Below are positions 50,924 through 63,252 of a stretch of DNA of 64,000 nucleotides, piece by piece. Source of the DNA: Hemiscyllium ocellatum (lineage: Eukaryota); NCBI RefSeq assembly GCF_020745735.1, contig NC_083450.1, positions 10,723,883 to 10,787,882 on the forward strand, written 5' to 3'. The notes under the pieces were generated by a model. It saw only the letters and a list, made by a program, of their open reading frames with translations, had not been told where the DNA came from and ran no database searches. The translations under genes and the position numbers were made by a program. The number at the start of each line of letters is the position of its first letter. Positions within the stretch are counted from its first letter, which is position 1.

Positions 50924-51242
50924 CTGTAAAACTGAAGCAGAACATTGTCGGCAGCGTTTTGCTTGAAAAGCACAGCATGTCAAGCAGGATCCGAGCCGCA
51001 GGAGAATGGACGTTTTGTGCATTCGCTCTTCATCAGGAGTACTGCTGATGGACCTGCTATGCTTTTCCAGCTCCACACTCTCGACTCTGATCTCCAGCAT
51101 CTGCAGTCCTCACTTTGTTCCTGAAGCAAACTTTTACACATTCAACTTTCATTCATTCTCTTAAGAAATCTGAAGCTATACATTTTATCCCTTGATTTAT
51201 GCTTTCAAATAAAATATAAACAATTGAGATACTTGTACTTAC

Positions 51243-51274
51243 TACTCTGACATGTATTCGTTAATGTTGCCAAC
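51243..51274 (-). other. Candidate 32-nt cytoplasmic exon
   Basis: Very strong splice signals (ttttttttccccag| and |gtaagt). The phase 2-1 frame LATLTNTCQS is open. Confidence 0.4.
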
Positions 51275-51500
51275 CTGGGGAAAAAAAAGGATCCTTTGAC
51301 ATAGTCTCTGTTTCCTTCTAACCATTCAATCCTCAATCATATCCTATAGCAGCATCAGGTCTTTACCAACAATAACCTGATTTGTAGCACTTTATAAAAT
51401 TCTGTATTGATTGGAAACAGATGGATCTTGCTAACAAAGGGATTCTTGATTGAGAATCTTGGTCAATCAGGAAGACTTGTTTGAGCAGTATTAAACAGGG

Positions 51501-51706
51501 AGAAAGTGGGGACTGCAGATGCTGGAGATCAGAGCTGAAAATGTGTTGCTGGAAAAGCGCAGCATCCGAGGAGCAGGAGAATCGACGTTTTGGGCATGAG
51601 CCCTTCTTCAGGAATGGCTCCTGAAGAAGGGCTCATTCCCGAAACGTTGATTCTCCTGCTCCTTGGATGCTGCCTGACCTGCTGCGCTTTTCCAGCAACA
51701 CATTTT
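51501..51706. mobile_element. Head-to-head inverted PLE-derived insertion with a 14-15 bp TSD
   Basis: Palindrome centred at about 51615; flanks CAGTATTAAACAGGG (51486-51500) and CAGTATAAACAGGG (51707-51720). Confidence 0.8.
51621..51648 (+). ncRNA. Hammerhead motif, core intact, one stem-II mismatch
   Basis: CUGAAGA a GGGC ucau UCCC GAAA C GUU. Confidence 0.55.
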
Positions 51707-52076
51707 CAGTATAAACAGGGGACTTGGAATCTCCCCAGTTCCGAGGACTGACTCCAAACTGGTTGGCGACAGTCAGTGTACTCTGCACAAGTAAATAAAA
51801 GCTGTGGGGATAACAGCCTCATTGTTGTTAAATCAAATTCCTTGTGGAATTCTAAGTGCAGTGAAATCACTATTAATCTATTTATTTGTCTCCATTGGCA
51901 GAATTTTTGTCGAAAATTATTGAGCAGGTTCGGCCCTTCAATGTGCTTTTAATCGTATAAGTACCCCGTAACGTTCCTTTGAACTGCTTTGGATGAATAA
52001 TTTATGAGAAAATTATGGATAGATGAGACCATTCAGCTTGACCCGATTGCTTCTCAGTTCGATTAACATTTCTGTC

Positions 52077-52519
52077 AATAGGGATATCCCTGGCAATTAC
52101 AGATCAGTAAGTCTCACGTCTGTCGTCTGCAAGGTGTGAGAAGGATTCTGAGGGATAGGATTTATGACCACTTGGAAGAGCACGGCTTGATTAAACGCAG
52201 GCAACACGGCTTTGTGAGGGGCAGGTCATGCCTCACAAACCTTATCGAGTTCTTTGAGGATGTGACTAGAAAGGTTGATGAGGGTCTAGCTGTGTATGTG
52301 GTGTATATGGAATTCAGGAAGGAATTTTATAAGGTTCCCCATGGTAGGCTCATTCAGAAGATCAAGAGGAATGGGATACAGGGGAACTTAGCTGTCTGGA
52401 TACAGAATTGACTGGCCAACAGAAGACAGCGAGTGGTAGTAGAAGGAAAATTTTCTGCCTGGAAGTCTGTGGTGAGTGGTGTTCCACAGTGCTCTGTCCT
52501 TGGGCTTCTACTGTTTGTA
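52077..52519 (+). mobile_element. CR1 RT fragment, about 96% identical to 7628-8071
   Basis: About 19 differences in 444 nt counted by eye. Confidence 0.9.
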
Positions 52520-53395
52520 GAATCAAACAATCACCACAGAAGAAATAAAAGCTGGGGAAGTAACTTAAAAACCACGAACATAATTGTACACCAAGTGGAC
52601 AAAGGAAGGATAATAGTAATGCTGAACTACTTCATGGAGAAAGGAAATGAACTACTTGGCGAGACCACCATTTATGTACAGGTGGTGATAGTTCTGATCT
52701 AACAACTCGAGAACAGAATTACCATGACAATGAAGCAACTGAACAGGGCAGGAGACATGAGCTAAACAGACTTACGAAAGTTCAAACCTGACACATCCAA
52801 CACACCCTGATTCTACAGACCTCTCAAGGTACACAAAACAGGAGCACACTCAGACATATTATATCAATCTCAAGGACACATAACTATCTGCTAGCCAGGG
52901 AGTTGTAAATAAGACGAAAACTTTTAATAGATTTCTCCATACACTCCATTCAATTTATGCAAGTGTTTCTTAACTTCATCAGAAACTCCAGAATAAAGGA
53001 CATCTAAATTATGATTTCATTTGATCTAAACACACTCTTCCTATTGGTAACCATCGGCCTAGTCAAAAGTAATATTACCATATAATTGGACAAAATCATT
53101 ACTAGGACACCCGATGGCACCAGCCTCATCAACAAAAACAACATGCTAAAACAATTGGAACTATGCTTCAGTTCCAAATTTAAATTCAATGGACATCTGT
53201 ACAGACAAATCAACAGTGCACCATTACAGTCACCGTTATCAGGACTGATAGCGGAAGCAGTAAAGCAACGCGCAGAATAGACAGCCCTCCTCCACATCCA
53301 ACTCAAACTCTGGATCCGCTTTGTAGATGTTACCGCTGTCGAACCCTCCACCACAGCAATAACATCATCACTGGAATAAAGTTCACTGAATAACA
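52520..53395 (+). mobile_element. Penelope-like element RT remnant
   Basis: FKFNGHLYRQINSAPLQSPLSGLIAEAV (PLE RT motif G..MGSPLS..LA); W.RFVD. Confidence 0.8.
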
Positions 53396-53439
53396 GGAAA
53401 ACTCCCCTTCCTGAATATATTAATTGAACGCATATCTAC

Positions 53440-53500
53440 CTGTGAACTCCAGATCAGTGTGTACAGGAACTGACAATGTCACCAAGCGAGAGAAATACGT
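53440..53500 (-). other. Candidate 61-nt exon
   Basis: Acceptor ccattttctgcag|, donor CAG|gtagat. Only the phase 0-1 frame is open (TYFSRLVTLSVPVHTDLEFT). Confidence 0.4.
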
Positions 53501-54007
53501 CTGCAGAAAATGGCACCAGTACGACAAACGAATGGACGCCCTCATTCACAAACCAGACTACAAATGTTTGGAAAAATGCAGTACATGTTATTGTTACACC
53601 TCGTTAAATACAAACAAAAGAATGAAGGATTAGTCTAACTTTACACTATTGGTAAGTTTAAGAGTAACAGAGTATATAATTAATAAATAGTAATTGTTCC
53701 AATACAATAAATTCTCATAAAAAGACACTTGGTAAAGGCAAAACCAGACAACTTGATTCTGCTATATGTGATGTGTCTCCAGTCCATGAAAACAGAATAC
53801 CAAGAAAAATATTGGGCACAAAGGAAGAACTCTAGGTTTCACAACAAATATCAAAACCCCTGAAATAACAGAAGAATAAGGCATAAACGTCGTTCTGTAG
53901 GAGTCTTAAACCACTGATTCCTGCTGCTTTTATTGTTCTAAAATTTAAGGAAAGCTCAGGACCTCAGAAACTGTTTAATTTACTGACTGGGAAGAGAATC
54001 TCCTTAC

Positions 54008-54129
54008 CTCTGACTCAAAACTCTTCTTTTACAATGAACAAAGTACACCTCTAAAAGCCATAGTATCATTATAACCGTCACACCAAACGTATCATTATAA
54101 CCATCACACCAATAAATATCCAAAGGTAG
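54008..54129 (-). other. Candidate transmembrane exon containing a 26-nt tandem duplication
   Basis: Ends FGVTVIMILWLLEVYFVHCKRRVLSQ at donor AG|gtaagg. The acceptor is weak. Confidence 0.4.
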
Positions 54130-54417
54130 CTTCATTTCAAAAAATACCTTTAGGCTTCTGCTGTTAGTACACTATGATACATGTACATATAAATCAAAGT
54201 GATCATTAACATGCAAACATTTAATAGAGTCCATTTAGTCTGTTTCATTTGCCACCAAGCACAGCTGCCTACCTTGTTGAAAGTCACGATAATGTGTCAG
54301 CAATTATGATCTCTCGTTCTACCGCATATATAATTTGCAAATTCAATAGTTGCAAAGATACATTTCGTCGAAAGCATCTATTTATCTTTAGTATTTATGA
54401 TCACGAAATACAATTAC

Positions 54418-54480
54418 CTCTGCCACATTTCTAGGCACAGAGACATTGACAAGTTGCAACGCCAACATCAAACTCAACAT
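54418..54480 (-). other. Candidate signal-peptide-like exon (MLSLMLALQLVNVSVPRNVAE)
   Basis: ATG, a hydrophobic stretch, and donor GAG|gtaatt in phase 0. Confidence 0.25.
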
Positions 54481-55857
54481 CACCTTTTGAATTTTGTAAT
54501 ATTTCTATTGATGAATATTGAACTTTCAGGAAGAATACCCAATGGGTAGTCCCAGCATTTCGTTTTATTCTTGCAAGATTGCAGCACTGACACCCAAAGG
54601 ACTCGCATCAGCAAGCACTTTGAATGTCTTTGACTAATTAGGGGCAATGGGTAACACAGAATTCAGGTTGCAAAATGGCTCTGACATTTTTCAATCCACT
54701 GAAATTTTCTGCACTATTTCAACAAGTGAGTCGGTGAACCAAACATATTGCTAAAATCTGGCACGGATGTTTGATCAAAAAAAAATCAGTCGCCGAAATC
54801 ATTTCACTTCCCTTTTTCTCATGGTGTAGGAAATTCTCCAATGACCATTGTTTTCACATCAAGTCACATGTCGAAAGAAGTTGGGATTTTGCAGACTCAG
54901 TCTCAGTGAGTTTATCACTAATGAGCTTACTCCTGATGAAGAGCTCTGACCTGAGACGTCGATTTTCCTGATCGTCGATGTGACCTGACCTGCTGTGCTT
55001 TTCCACAACACACTCTCACCTCTAATCTCCAGCACTTGCAGCCCTCACTGTCTCCGTGCTTATCACTAAGCCTGCCTTCTGAAGACGCTCAAACTATTAT
55101 GATGCATGTTCCAAATGTTCCTTCTATGCGTGACACAAACGCATTAAATTTTCTATGTACACCACATAATTGGATAACCCCGAAATTACTTTAATGTTTA
55201 GACTTTAAATGGTTGATGGTGCGTTTGTCATACTAAATAGCACAAACATAAACTAGCAGAGTTCATTCAGTATCTTAGAAGTTGAAATTTCCTTCTCTCT
55301 CTCATATAACTTTACCTCTAAGTATCCTTGGAGTAAGTCCAGCTTCGAAATATACATTGCTTGTCCAACTTGTTAACACAGTCTTCCATTAGTGGAATGT
55401 GTCAAAAATCAGATTTCATAAAGCCTTTTAATTTTGGGTAATCATGCGTTGGTTTTGCTCCCATTACGATGTGCTCCACTTATAGCAACATACTTCAATT
55501 ATATAGCGTTTGAGCATGGTGTCAATCTCTTTTTGAACCTTTACATATTTTAGAATGTTACTTAATTGGAAAATCACGGTGTATGTCTAGTCATGTCAAT
55601 ATTTCATAGCTTATTCTCGTATATCTCCTCATTTGATTGTAATACCTCTTTCAGGTCATTTCAACTTTCCTCTAGTAGGTAACTTAATAATTGCCCTATG
55701 TATCCATTTACATAGTCTTCATTCTTGTATGCACAATTTAGTTAACTCAGCTCTTTGCTGAAACAATTATACAATGAAATTGTAATATGTAGGAAAAGCA
55801 GTGTTACTTCTACAATCATAATGGCCTATGTAAAGTGAATGAACTAACCTACACCAT

Positions 55858-56290
55858 TGTATAATTGTTTCAGCAAAGATCTGACTTAGCTAAAATATGC
55901 ATGCAAGAATGGAATGTGCCTGCAAATAATGGAAGATGTTACACACAAATAGATAAGTTGAAAAAGAACTTCAAGATGTTCCAAGCTCAGCAAATTTCCC
56001 TCCTGGTCAGCACTGAAGCGAGCCAAGTCACTTCTAGGGGGGGAGGGTCGCCCAGCTTGGAGGAGGGGGAGAAGTAAACAAGGACGGAGCGCAGCTGGGA
56101 AGGGGCAGAACACAATAAAGAATATTGATAGGTTTGAAGGCCAATGAGATAAACGGGGAAGTACCGAGAATTAAACTGTATAAATTGTGGAATAATTTCT
56201 GGATCGGTGTGTCTAGGTACCCCATTCTTGCAAGAATGTTTCAATAAAATTCGCTGCTTCAGAATTTGACTGGGACTGAAATTTATTATA
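55858..56290 (+). mobile_element. Probable retroviral solo LTR
   Basis: Starts TG; CCAAT at 56141, TATAAA at 56179, AATAAA at 56243, in U3-R-U5 order. No clear TSD, and it ends TA rather than CA. Confidence 0.45.
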
Positions 56291-56399
56291 TTGCGAGCTT
56301 CTCACACAAATGACCACCCGCTGATGCCTTTTCTGCATAAAGCATTCACACACTTTATTTCTATAATATAACAGCAGTAATACTTACAAACTCCTGCCC

Positions 56400-58140
56400 A
56401 TTTGTCATCATTTTGAACATGTAATCTTCTCCATTTTCTCATCTAGGATTCAGTTTCAAAAGAGTCACATTCCAGGTTCATTTCGGTGTACACCTTTTGA
56501 CATAACAAATTGAGTTTTTCATCTTTTTTTGTACTGCAGCTAACTTCTCTGAATTAGAAGAAATACCTACTTTGTCTTTCAACTGTTCTTCTTCATTTTG
56601 TCTTAAACATTTGATCGGTAATCAATATCTTTATTTCTTAATATTTCTTCCTAATTCAACCTGAGGCCTTGGGGAGAGTTTTACCACGCAGCCAGTTAAA
56701 ATTCCATGATATACAATACTTCCTTAATATCTCAGTTGCTTGATTTTCCACTTGCTTTTCAATGCATTGCTCAGACTCATGATCCAGCATTTCCAAGGAG
56801 ACTGTATCTTCAGAACAGAATTTCACTTTTGCTCTGACAATCAACCAATTCACCACTTTTTTCCAGACCCAACAACGTCACTTTATGTAATGGAGCACTA
56901 CTCTTCTACACATATTGCCACCTTTTCTGACAATACTTCTTCCAGCGTGCATAACTCCTCATTTCTCGCCGGGACAGATTGACTTACACCTGTATCTCTT
57001 AAAATGCTATTTTTTTTTCACCTACAGCTATTGGAACCCATGAGTAACCCTGTCCTACACAGATCTTTTTTTTAAAAGCGATCTGATACTTTCGTAAAAC
57101 CTCATACCTGACCAGCCTTTTGCCGTTCTTCGATTTTCATTCGTATGTTATTCACCATTTTCCTAAATCACACTATTTACCATATCTGCTCTAACAGTGC
57201 TTCTTCAAACTACCAATATGGCGACTTCATGTGTCCACTTTATGACAGTCAAAACACCTGAGGTGCTTCACTTCTCTTTCCCTCCTCTTCGGTTTACTTT
57301 TTAGTTTGTGGTAAACTGTCCCTACTATTTTTGCCCTCAGCACTTGAGGATTTCGCTTTTCCACAATTTACGACTGGCACAGATTGAAATTGATGTCAGA
57401 AATCATACTTGGATTTATGAGCTAATTCATAATCATTTGTCATTTCTGCTGCGAAACTTGCACTTCTAACTCTGTGCTCATCGTCCCGAGTCCACAATAT
57501 TCCAGAAAGTGAATTTTTGAACTCCTTCTAATTAACAGTCTCTAAAAGAGGATTATATGTCTGATTTACTTTCAATGCACTTTTACACAATCAAAGTGAC
57601 CTTGTTTGATGCTTTCAAACTCCATCTACGTTTGAACAAGTTCTATCCTTAAATTTCTAAAATATTGTTTCCAGGCTTTCTGCACAAGTTCATTTGAACT
57701 TAAGATGTCTTTTTTCACCTCATCATACTCCCCAAATACGTCCTCTGATAACGATGCAAACACCACACTAGCTCTAGCTGTAAACTTTGTTTGAATTGAT
57801 ATGATCCAAATGGATACCAGCCATTTTATTTGTTTAGTTACTTTCTCAAATGAAATGAATACGCTTCTACTTCCTTCTCATCAAAATTTCCGAACACTTT
57901 AACACTTCATAGAGGAACCCAAATGGTCTTTGGCTACAATGTTCTGTTTTCCGTCATCTCTGTCCTCACCACGACTACAACTTTCTACCTGCACCATTTT
58001 TTGTCAGTTTTTCCTCTTTCGTTCTCAACATCTGAAGTTCAAACTCTCACTTTCATCCTCCATTCTCTTCTCCCCTTCTCAATTTCCCTTTCTGCTGTGA
58101 GAACTATCCTTATTTTATTTTTCCACTCTGCTTTTAACTG
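56400..58140 (-). mobile_element. Gypsy (Gmr1-like) gag remnant; its 5-prime end is also present at about 8888-9055
   Basis: FDEKEVEAY.ISFEKVTKQIKW..SIW...EYDEVKKDILS.NELV, the SCAN-like gag pattern, plus a K/E-rich coiled coil. Confidence 0.65.
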
Positions 58141-61100
58141 TGTTCCAAGCTGTTTTATTTTCATTTCGAGTCATAGAGTCCAACAGCACGGAGACAGGTC
58201 CTGAAGCACAAGCTGGTCCATGTTAACCAAACTGTCCACCAACACTCCGCCCACCTCTCTGCACTCTGCTCATATCCTTCCAAATATTTCGTTTTCATAT
58301 AACTTTCCAAATGACTTTTAAGTGTTGTTTCTGTACTCACCTCAACCATTTCCAGTGCCAGCTCATTGCACATGTCCACCATCTTCTGTGTTGCCCCTCA
58401 GTTAGTCTTTTATTCTTGCCTAAAACTGATGCCCTCTATTCATCGATTACACAACACTGGGAAAAATAGTGAGTGCATTCACCCTGTCCATGCCTCTCAT
58501 TATCACATGCACTTCTATAAAAGCCCCCCTCAGCCTCCTACGCTTTAAACAAAAAGTCCTAAGTCTCCATTCAACTCACGCTGTTGAGTCCTTTCAACAC
58601 TTTTTTTTTAACTCTTTGCAGTTTAATAATATTCTTCCTGTGGTAATGTTACCAACACTGAACGCATAACTGCAAGTGTGGCCTTCACAATATCCTGTAC
58701 AACTGCAATATAACTTCCCAAATTTAATACTCGATGCCCTCACAGATGAGGACCGAAAGCCTTCTTCTCTGCTCTGTCTACTTGTGGCTCCACTTTCAGT
58801 GTACCGTGCACCTGAATTCCAAGATCACTTTGCTATACTCCATTCCCTAAGGTTCAAACATTTAACAGGAAACTCCTGCCTTGATTTTAAATTCCTTCAC
58901 GCAAGACCTCACACATATCTATATTAAACACCATTTACCATTTCTCTACTCATTTGGCCAGCTGATCGAGTTTTTGATAGCCTTCCTCGTACATTTTTTT
59001 GATCATAAAATGGAAAACATTGCATGAATTTTGTTAGATCGTCGAATGGATGTTGATTTTTGATTTGATTCTTATTAAATTTTGATTTGCTGGGCTGAAG
59101 GTCTGATGAGGGTGCAGCATTCTCCAGATTGGCAAACAATCTCCCACACTGACTCAATTTCCACTGACCTCGACTTTGCTGCAGATGTTGGTAGAAGCTA
59201 CATCGCCACGTTAGTCTTGCTCCTGGGATCATTACCTGTGCCTCACTTTGGACTGTGAAAGACCTGGTCCAGGCGCTGTCCATGCAGTCCCTCATCATTG
59301 ACTCTGATATGCACTCTGGTCATAGGGAGCTCCCCCACAGTCCCGGTCAGGCCGTCAGCCATTGCTTTCCACGTACTCATCAACCAGCAGCCAAATTCAT
59401 TGAGCCAAATACCGCGGATGCCAATGTCCAGAAGTTAAGTTAGTAGAAAAACAGAAAAAAAGCTAAAACTAAACCGACAAACAAAAAGGTAACATGAACG
59501 GACAGAGCGAACAAGGTTGTCCACAGTCATTTTGCATGGTTGTGCTCCTTTATTAAGCATTGATGAGATCACACAGGATAGTTAGAAGAAGTATGCATAA
59601 CCCGAATTGGTATTAGCAGGATATATCTAACAGGCTCTAAGAATCCGAGGAAATGGCTTTGACATCAGTCGATTTTTCGTGCACTCTCTACAGCTGATCT
59701 GATCTTCCCATATATTACAAATCATCCTTTAAACCTCAATTTTATGTATTTACATACCATATGATCTATATGCCCTATGCATTATGATCTGCCTGTGCGG
59801 CTCACAAATTAAAACTTTTTACTTTACATAGTTACGTCTGACAACAATAAAGCAAATTAATCAGAGTAGACGTTCGAATCCAAACTTCTCAGCAGAATAA
59901 CTTATAAACATGCAATTATTATTCCAGTGCCACCTTATGACACTTCGACATTCCTGTCATTACAAAATCAAAAGCACATACACGGGAAGCTTGATACTGT
60001 GTTCTAAACGAACATTGACGATTCTGAATGAATTTTGATCTTATCATCAATATGCACACACTTCAAAGAAAAACAACAGCAAGAATGAGAGCGGTCCACA
60101 GGAGAGTTTGAATCAGTTCTGTTTGGACCAACCCCACTTGGAACTGGGAATTCCTCAGTGACAATTAAGAATCACATTGATCAGTGATAATGAAATCTTC
60201 ATCTGGGAGAACAGGTTGACGCTTCAGTGTTAATTATGTCGGATTCTCTTCTCAACTACGTTTCCACGCAGGTATCAATGGGTCTTAAAATACATGGGCA
60301 CAGCACAAATTCGAGGAAGAACATACTTCAATTACGACTGAAGAAATCTTCTTAGTGACTTTGCAATAGGAGAAAACACGGGACATATTCTTCGTTTCAT
60401 GAATGTATGATCTATCAACGTATCAGGTCTTCGTTAAATGCCAAATCAGCGTAGAGGGTCTATGGAAGAAATCAAACACCACTGCAATCAAAAGGCATAG
60501 AAACAATACATGGCAATTCGACACTTAGCTGATCCCACTCCCAACTCCTTCATTGAAACAATAGTGATCTTTATCTCCATGTGGCTGTAATGATTTCCCT
60601 TTTGTGCATCGGCGTCAACAAAGAAGAAAAAAATGCACGAGAAGATTCGATGCATTCATCTCCATTATGTGTCACCTCTAAAATGCTTGACTTTATTTGA
60701 TTTTTGTCTCGCTTACAAAGCCAGAACAACACTATGCCAGGCTGCTGGTGAAATCCACAACTGGAGTAAATAATATCATTATTAAAATTAGACAATGCTG
60801 AGAAATGAGTGGAAACAGAATTAGACAAGAGAGAGAAAAGAAGGAAGTCTGACATGAAAAGAACAGTTCTTTTTCAGAACAACATAACCTTGCAAATATT
60901 GTCATGTTGAACGCACTATTAAGTTCTCAAAGTTTTTCTGCATTCTTATAAATTCACGCTATTCCCCGAAACACATTCTTTAAACTAACTAATCATCTAA
61001 ACTAAATATTGGTTTTGTCTTCCTTCAGTCCAAGAGCAATCGTCAAACCTGTATTTTTCCTTTCACAGTATGAGCATACCTGTCCCGTCATCATTGCATT

Positions 61101-61359
61101 AAAGAGGTATTTTGAATGCATGTGTGTATATATACATATACGCACATATATTTACTGATATTACATATCCAAATTTACAGTTTATAGTTGTATTCATTGT
61201 TCCCGAATTGGGAAACTGTTCCAAGTTACATTGATCACTCTTAAATGCTCAGTATACGTTTCTGGCCAGGATCATTTCACATAAGTGTTGCAGTAAACAA
61301 GCAAAAGGAAAGAATACATTGAGAGAGAGGTGTAAAGAAAAGAGTGCTCATACACTTAC

Positions 61360-61418
61360 CTCCGGCTTTGGATCACGTTGTCTAAAATCTGTGGATTTTT
61401 CAGCCGTGTTCCAGTTTC
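61360..61418 (-). CDS. Copy B receptor gene, first cytoplasmic exon
   Basis: Translates as GNWNTAEKSTDFRQRDPKPE; canonical donor GAG|GTAAGT. Confidence 0.78.
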
Positions 61419-61506
61419 CTGATGTAAAAAATTTCAGCTCTTTATTTAGAATACACTGAGCCCGGGATACAGCGATGAACGCATGACATCAAAGGAGAGC
61501 TTCTAC

Positions 61507-61611
61507 CTGAGACAGAATTCTTGCAGCTCCAACCCACGTAGACAGTAAACGCCAGAAGAAGGAGAATCAGTACCGATGAGGTCCCATAAAATATTAAAAG
61601 GCAAGGAAAAC
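61507..61611 (-). CDS. Copy B receptor gene, transmembrane exon
   Basis: Identical (105/105 nt) to 12405-12509. Confidence 0.9.
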
Positions 61612-62862
61612 CTGAAGAAGTCAGAGAAACTAATAATTATCCACAACCAAACCATACTCCACTTGCAGACAGCTCTCAGGGACCCATCTATGACTATTCA
61701 AAATAATTGGTGACTGCACCTGTCAGTCTTGCCAGCAAATCCGGCAACGGATTATGTAATATAGCATTAAAAACTATATCTCAACACTTCTATCAAAGAA
61801 GCAGTTTAGTATTTAAATATTTATACTAGGTGCTTGCATTCTGGATTTTATATTACTTGCTGCATACAACTTTTCGTATTTCTTGAAACATCTTGGAAGG
61901 CAAGTTACCCTGAATTTTCGGAATTCAATACAGGTTACATCTCTTTTGCACTTTTTACTCTGCAAGCGACTATGTTTAACAAATACTGTGTTAAAAATGT
62001 TACTTCGTTCCTTAACTAACACGTCATAATTTATATAATTTAACCAGCTTCATTACGATTTCGAATGACAATTGTTGGGCAAAAGGCTGATGCTTTATTC
62101 AAAGATCAATTAACGAGGCTACATGAAATCTTGAAAAATCGGAATCTGAGCTTGTAGATGAACAGAGTGATTAGTTGCTGCGTTGACAAAAAAGAATCAT
62201 AAAGGAACATAAGGTCAAACAGTGATAATGGGAGCACTAAAACTTAACGCAAGCACAGAATTTCAAAGCAGAGAAGTGATGGAGTGAATTAGGGGAATAT
62301 AGTTTTAATCAAATTTGAAGCACAATGAACAGGCATAATTGTGATGTACCAAATGGAGATGGGACAAAGAGCACTCTTCAACCTCTATGGGAGAATGGAA
62401 TGCATGAACAGATGCACATGTTGATAATTGAATCAAAGTGGTATTTGGGAGGAATCTTCTAGAGAATGCTGTTTTTAAGTTTTATATATTGTATTCACAA
62501 ATTTGTTAAATTATGTTTTTTTTTCCATAATGTGAATATATGAAACACTGAACATTGCTCAAATGAATTAGGAAGGAAATTAGAAAAGTATGAATAGATA
62601 ATTATTTTCCTGTTGTAATCAACCGAAATTCAGACTCCTGAATACATCATACTAATATAATACTACTACGAATGAGAATTGATGTGCTTCAACCGATAAA
62701 CATCAAGAATGTTAAACAGCACAACATTGAGTATTTTGGAAGAAGTAAATACCCGAACGTTCATGCAAAGAATGAACTTTCAACCTCAATGATCATATTG
62801 CTCACAATAAAGATTCATGTTGGAATTTAACATTAGCGTGAACTAATATAGTCAATATTTAC

Positions 62863-63165
62863 CTTTATGATATGAAACACGTTCGCTGACATGACTTGCA
62901 GTTGCGTTGAGTTGAACTGAGCAAGCACACACATTGTTATTTTTCCAACCTTCTGCTGGGACTCTGATATGATTTCTGATATTATCTGCACCGGCGGAGT
63001 CTACTGTCACAGATTCTGTCCAACTCTCAGAATCCCAAGTGGAAATAGTCCAGTGGATACGAAGGGTGTCAGAGATCACGTTGCTCACCAAACACATCAA
63101 TGGCACAGTTTCCATAGAAAATGTTTCATGCGGCGGTGGGGATAAAAGAACTATGGTGGGAGAGT
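62863..63165 (-). CDS. Copy B receptor gene, C1-set domain exon
   Basis: Paralog of 13761-14063 with 5 nt differences, an open frame and intact splice sites. Confidence 0.93.
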
Positions 63166-63252
63166 CTGATGAGATTGGGAGGTAAAATTAAATTATTGTT
63201 CAACATTGCCGATTATTGCTAGTGAATTCTGTAAATCTTTCTTTGTTCTTAC

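Noticed and set aside
54420-54650. Possible degenerate Ig domain (C...W...DVGVATC) on the minus strand
   Set aside because: Needs several frameshifts and lacks the D-x-G-x-Y-x-C tyrosine; not supportable.
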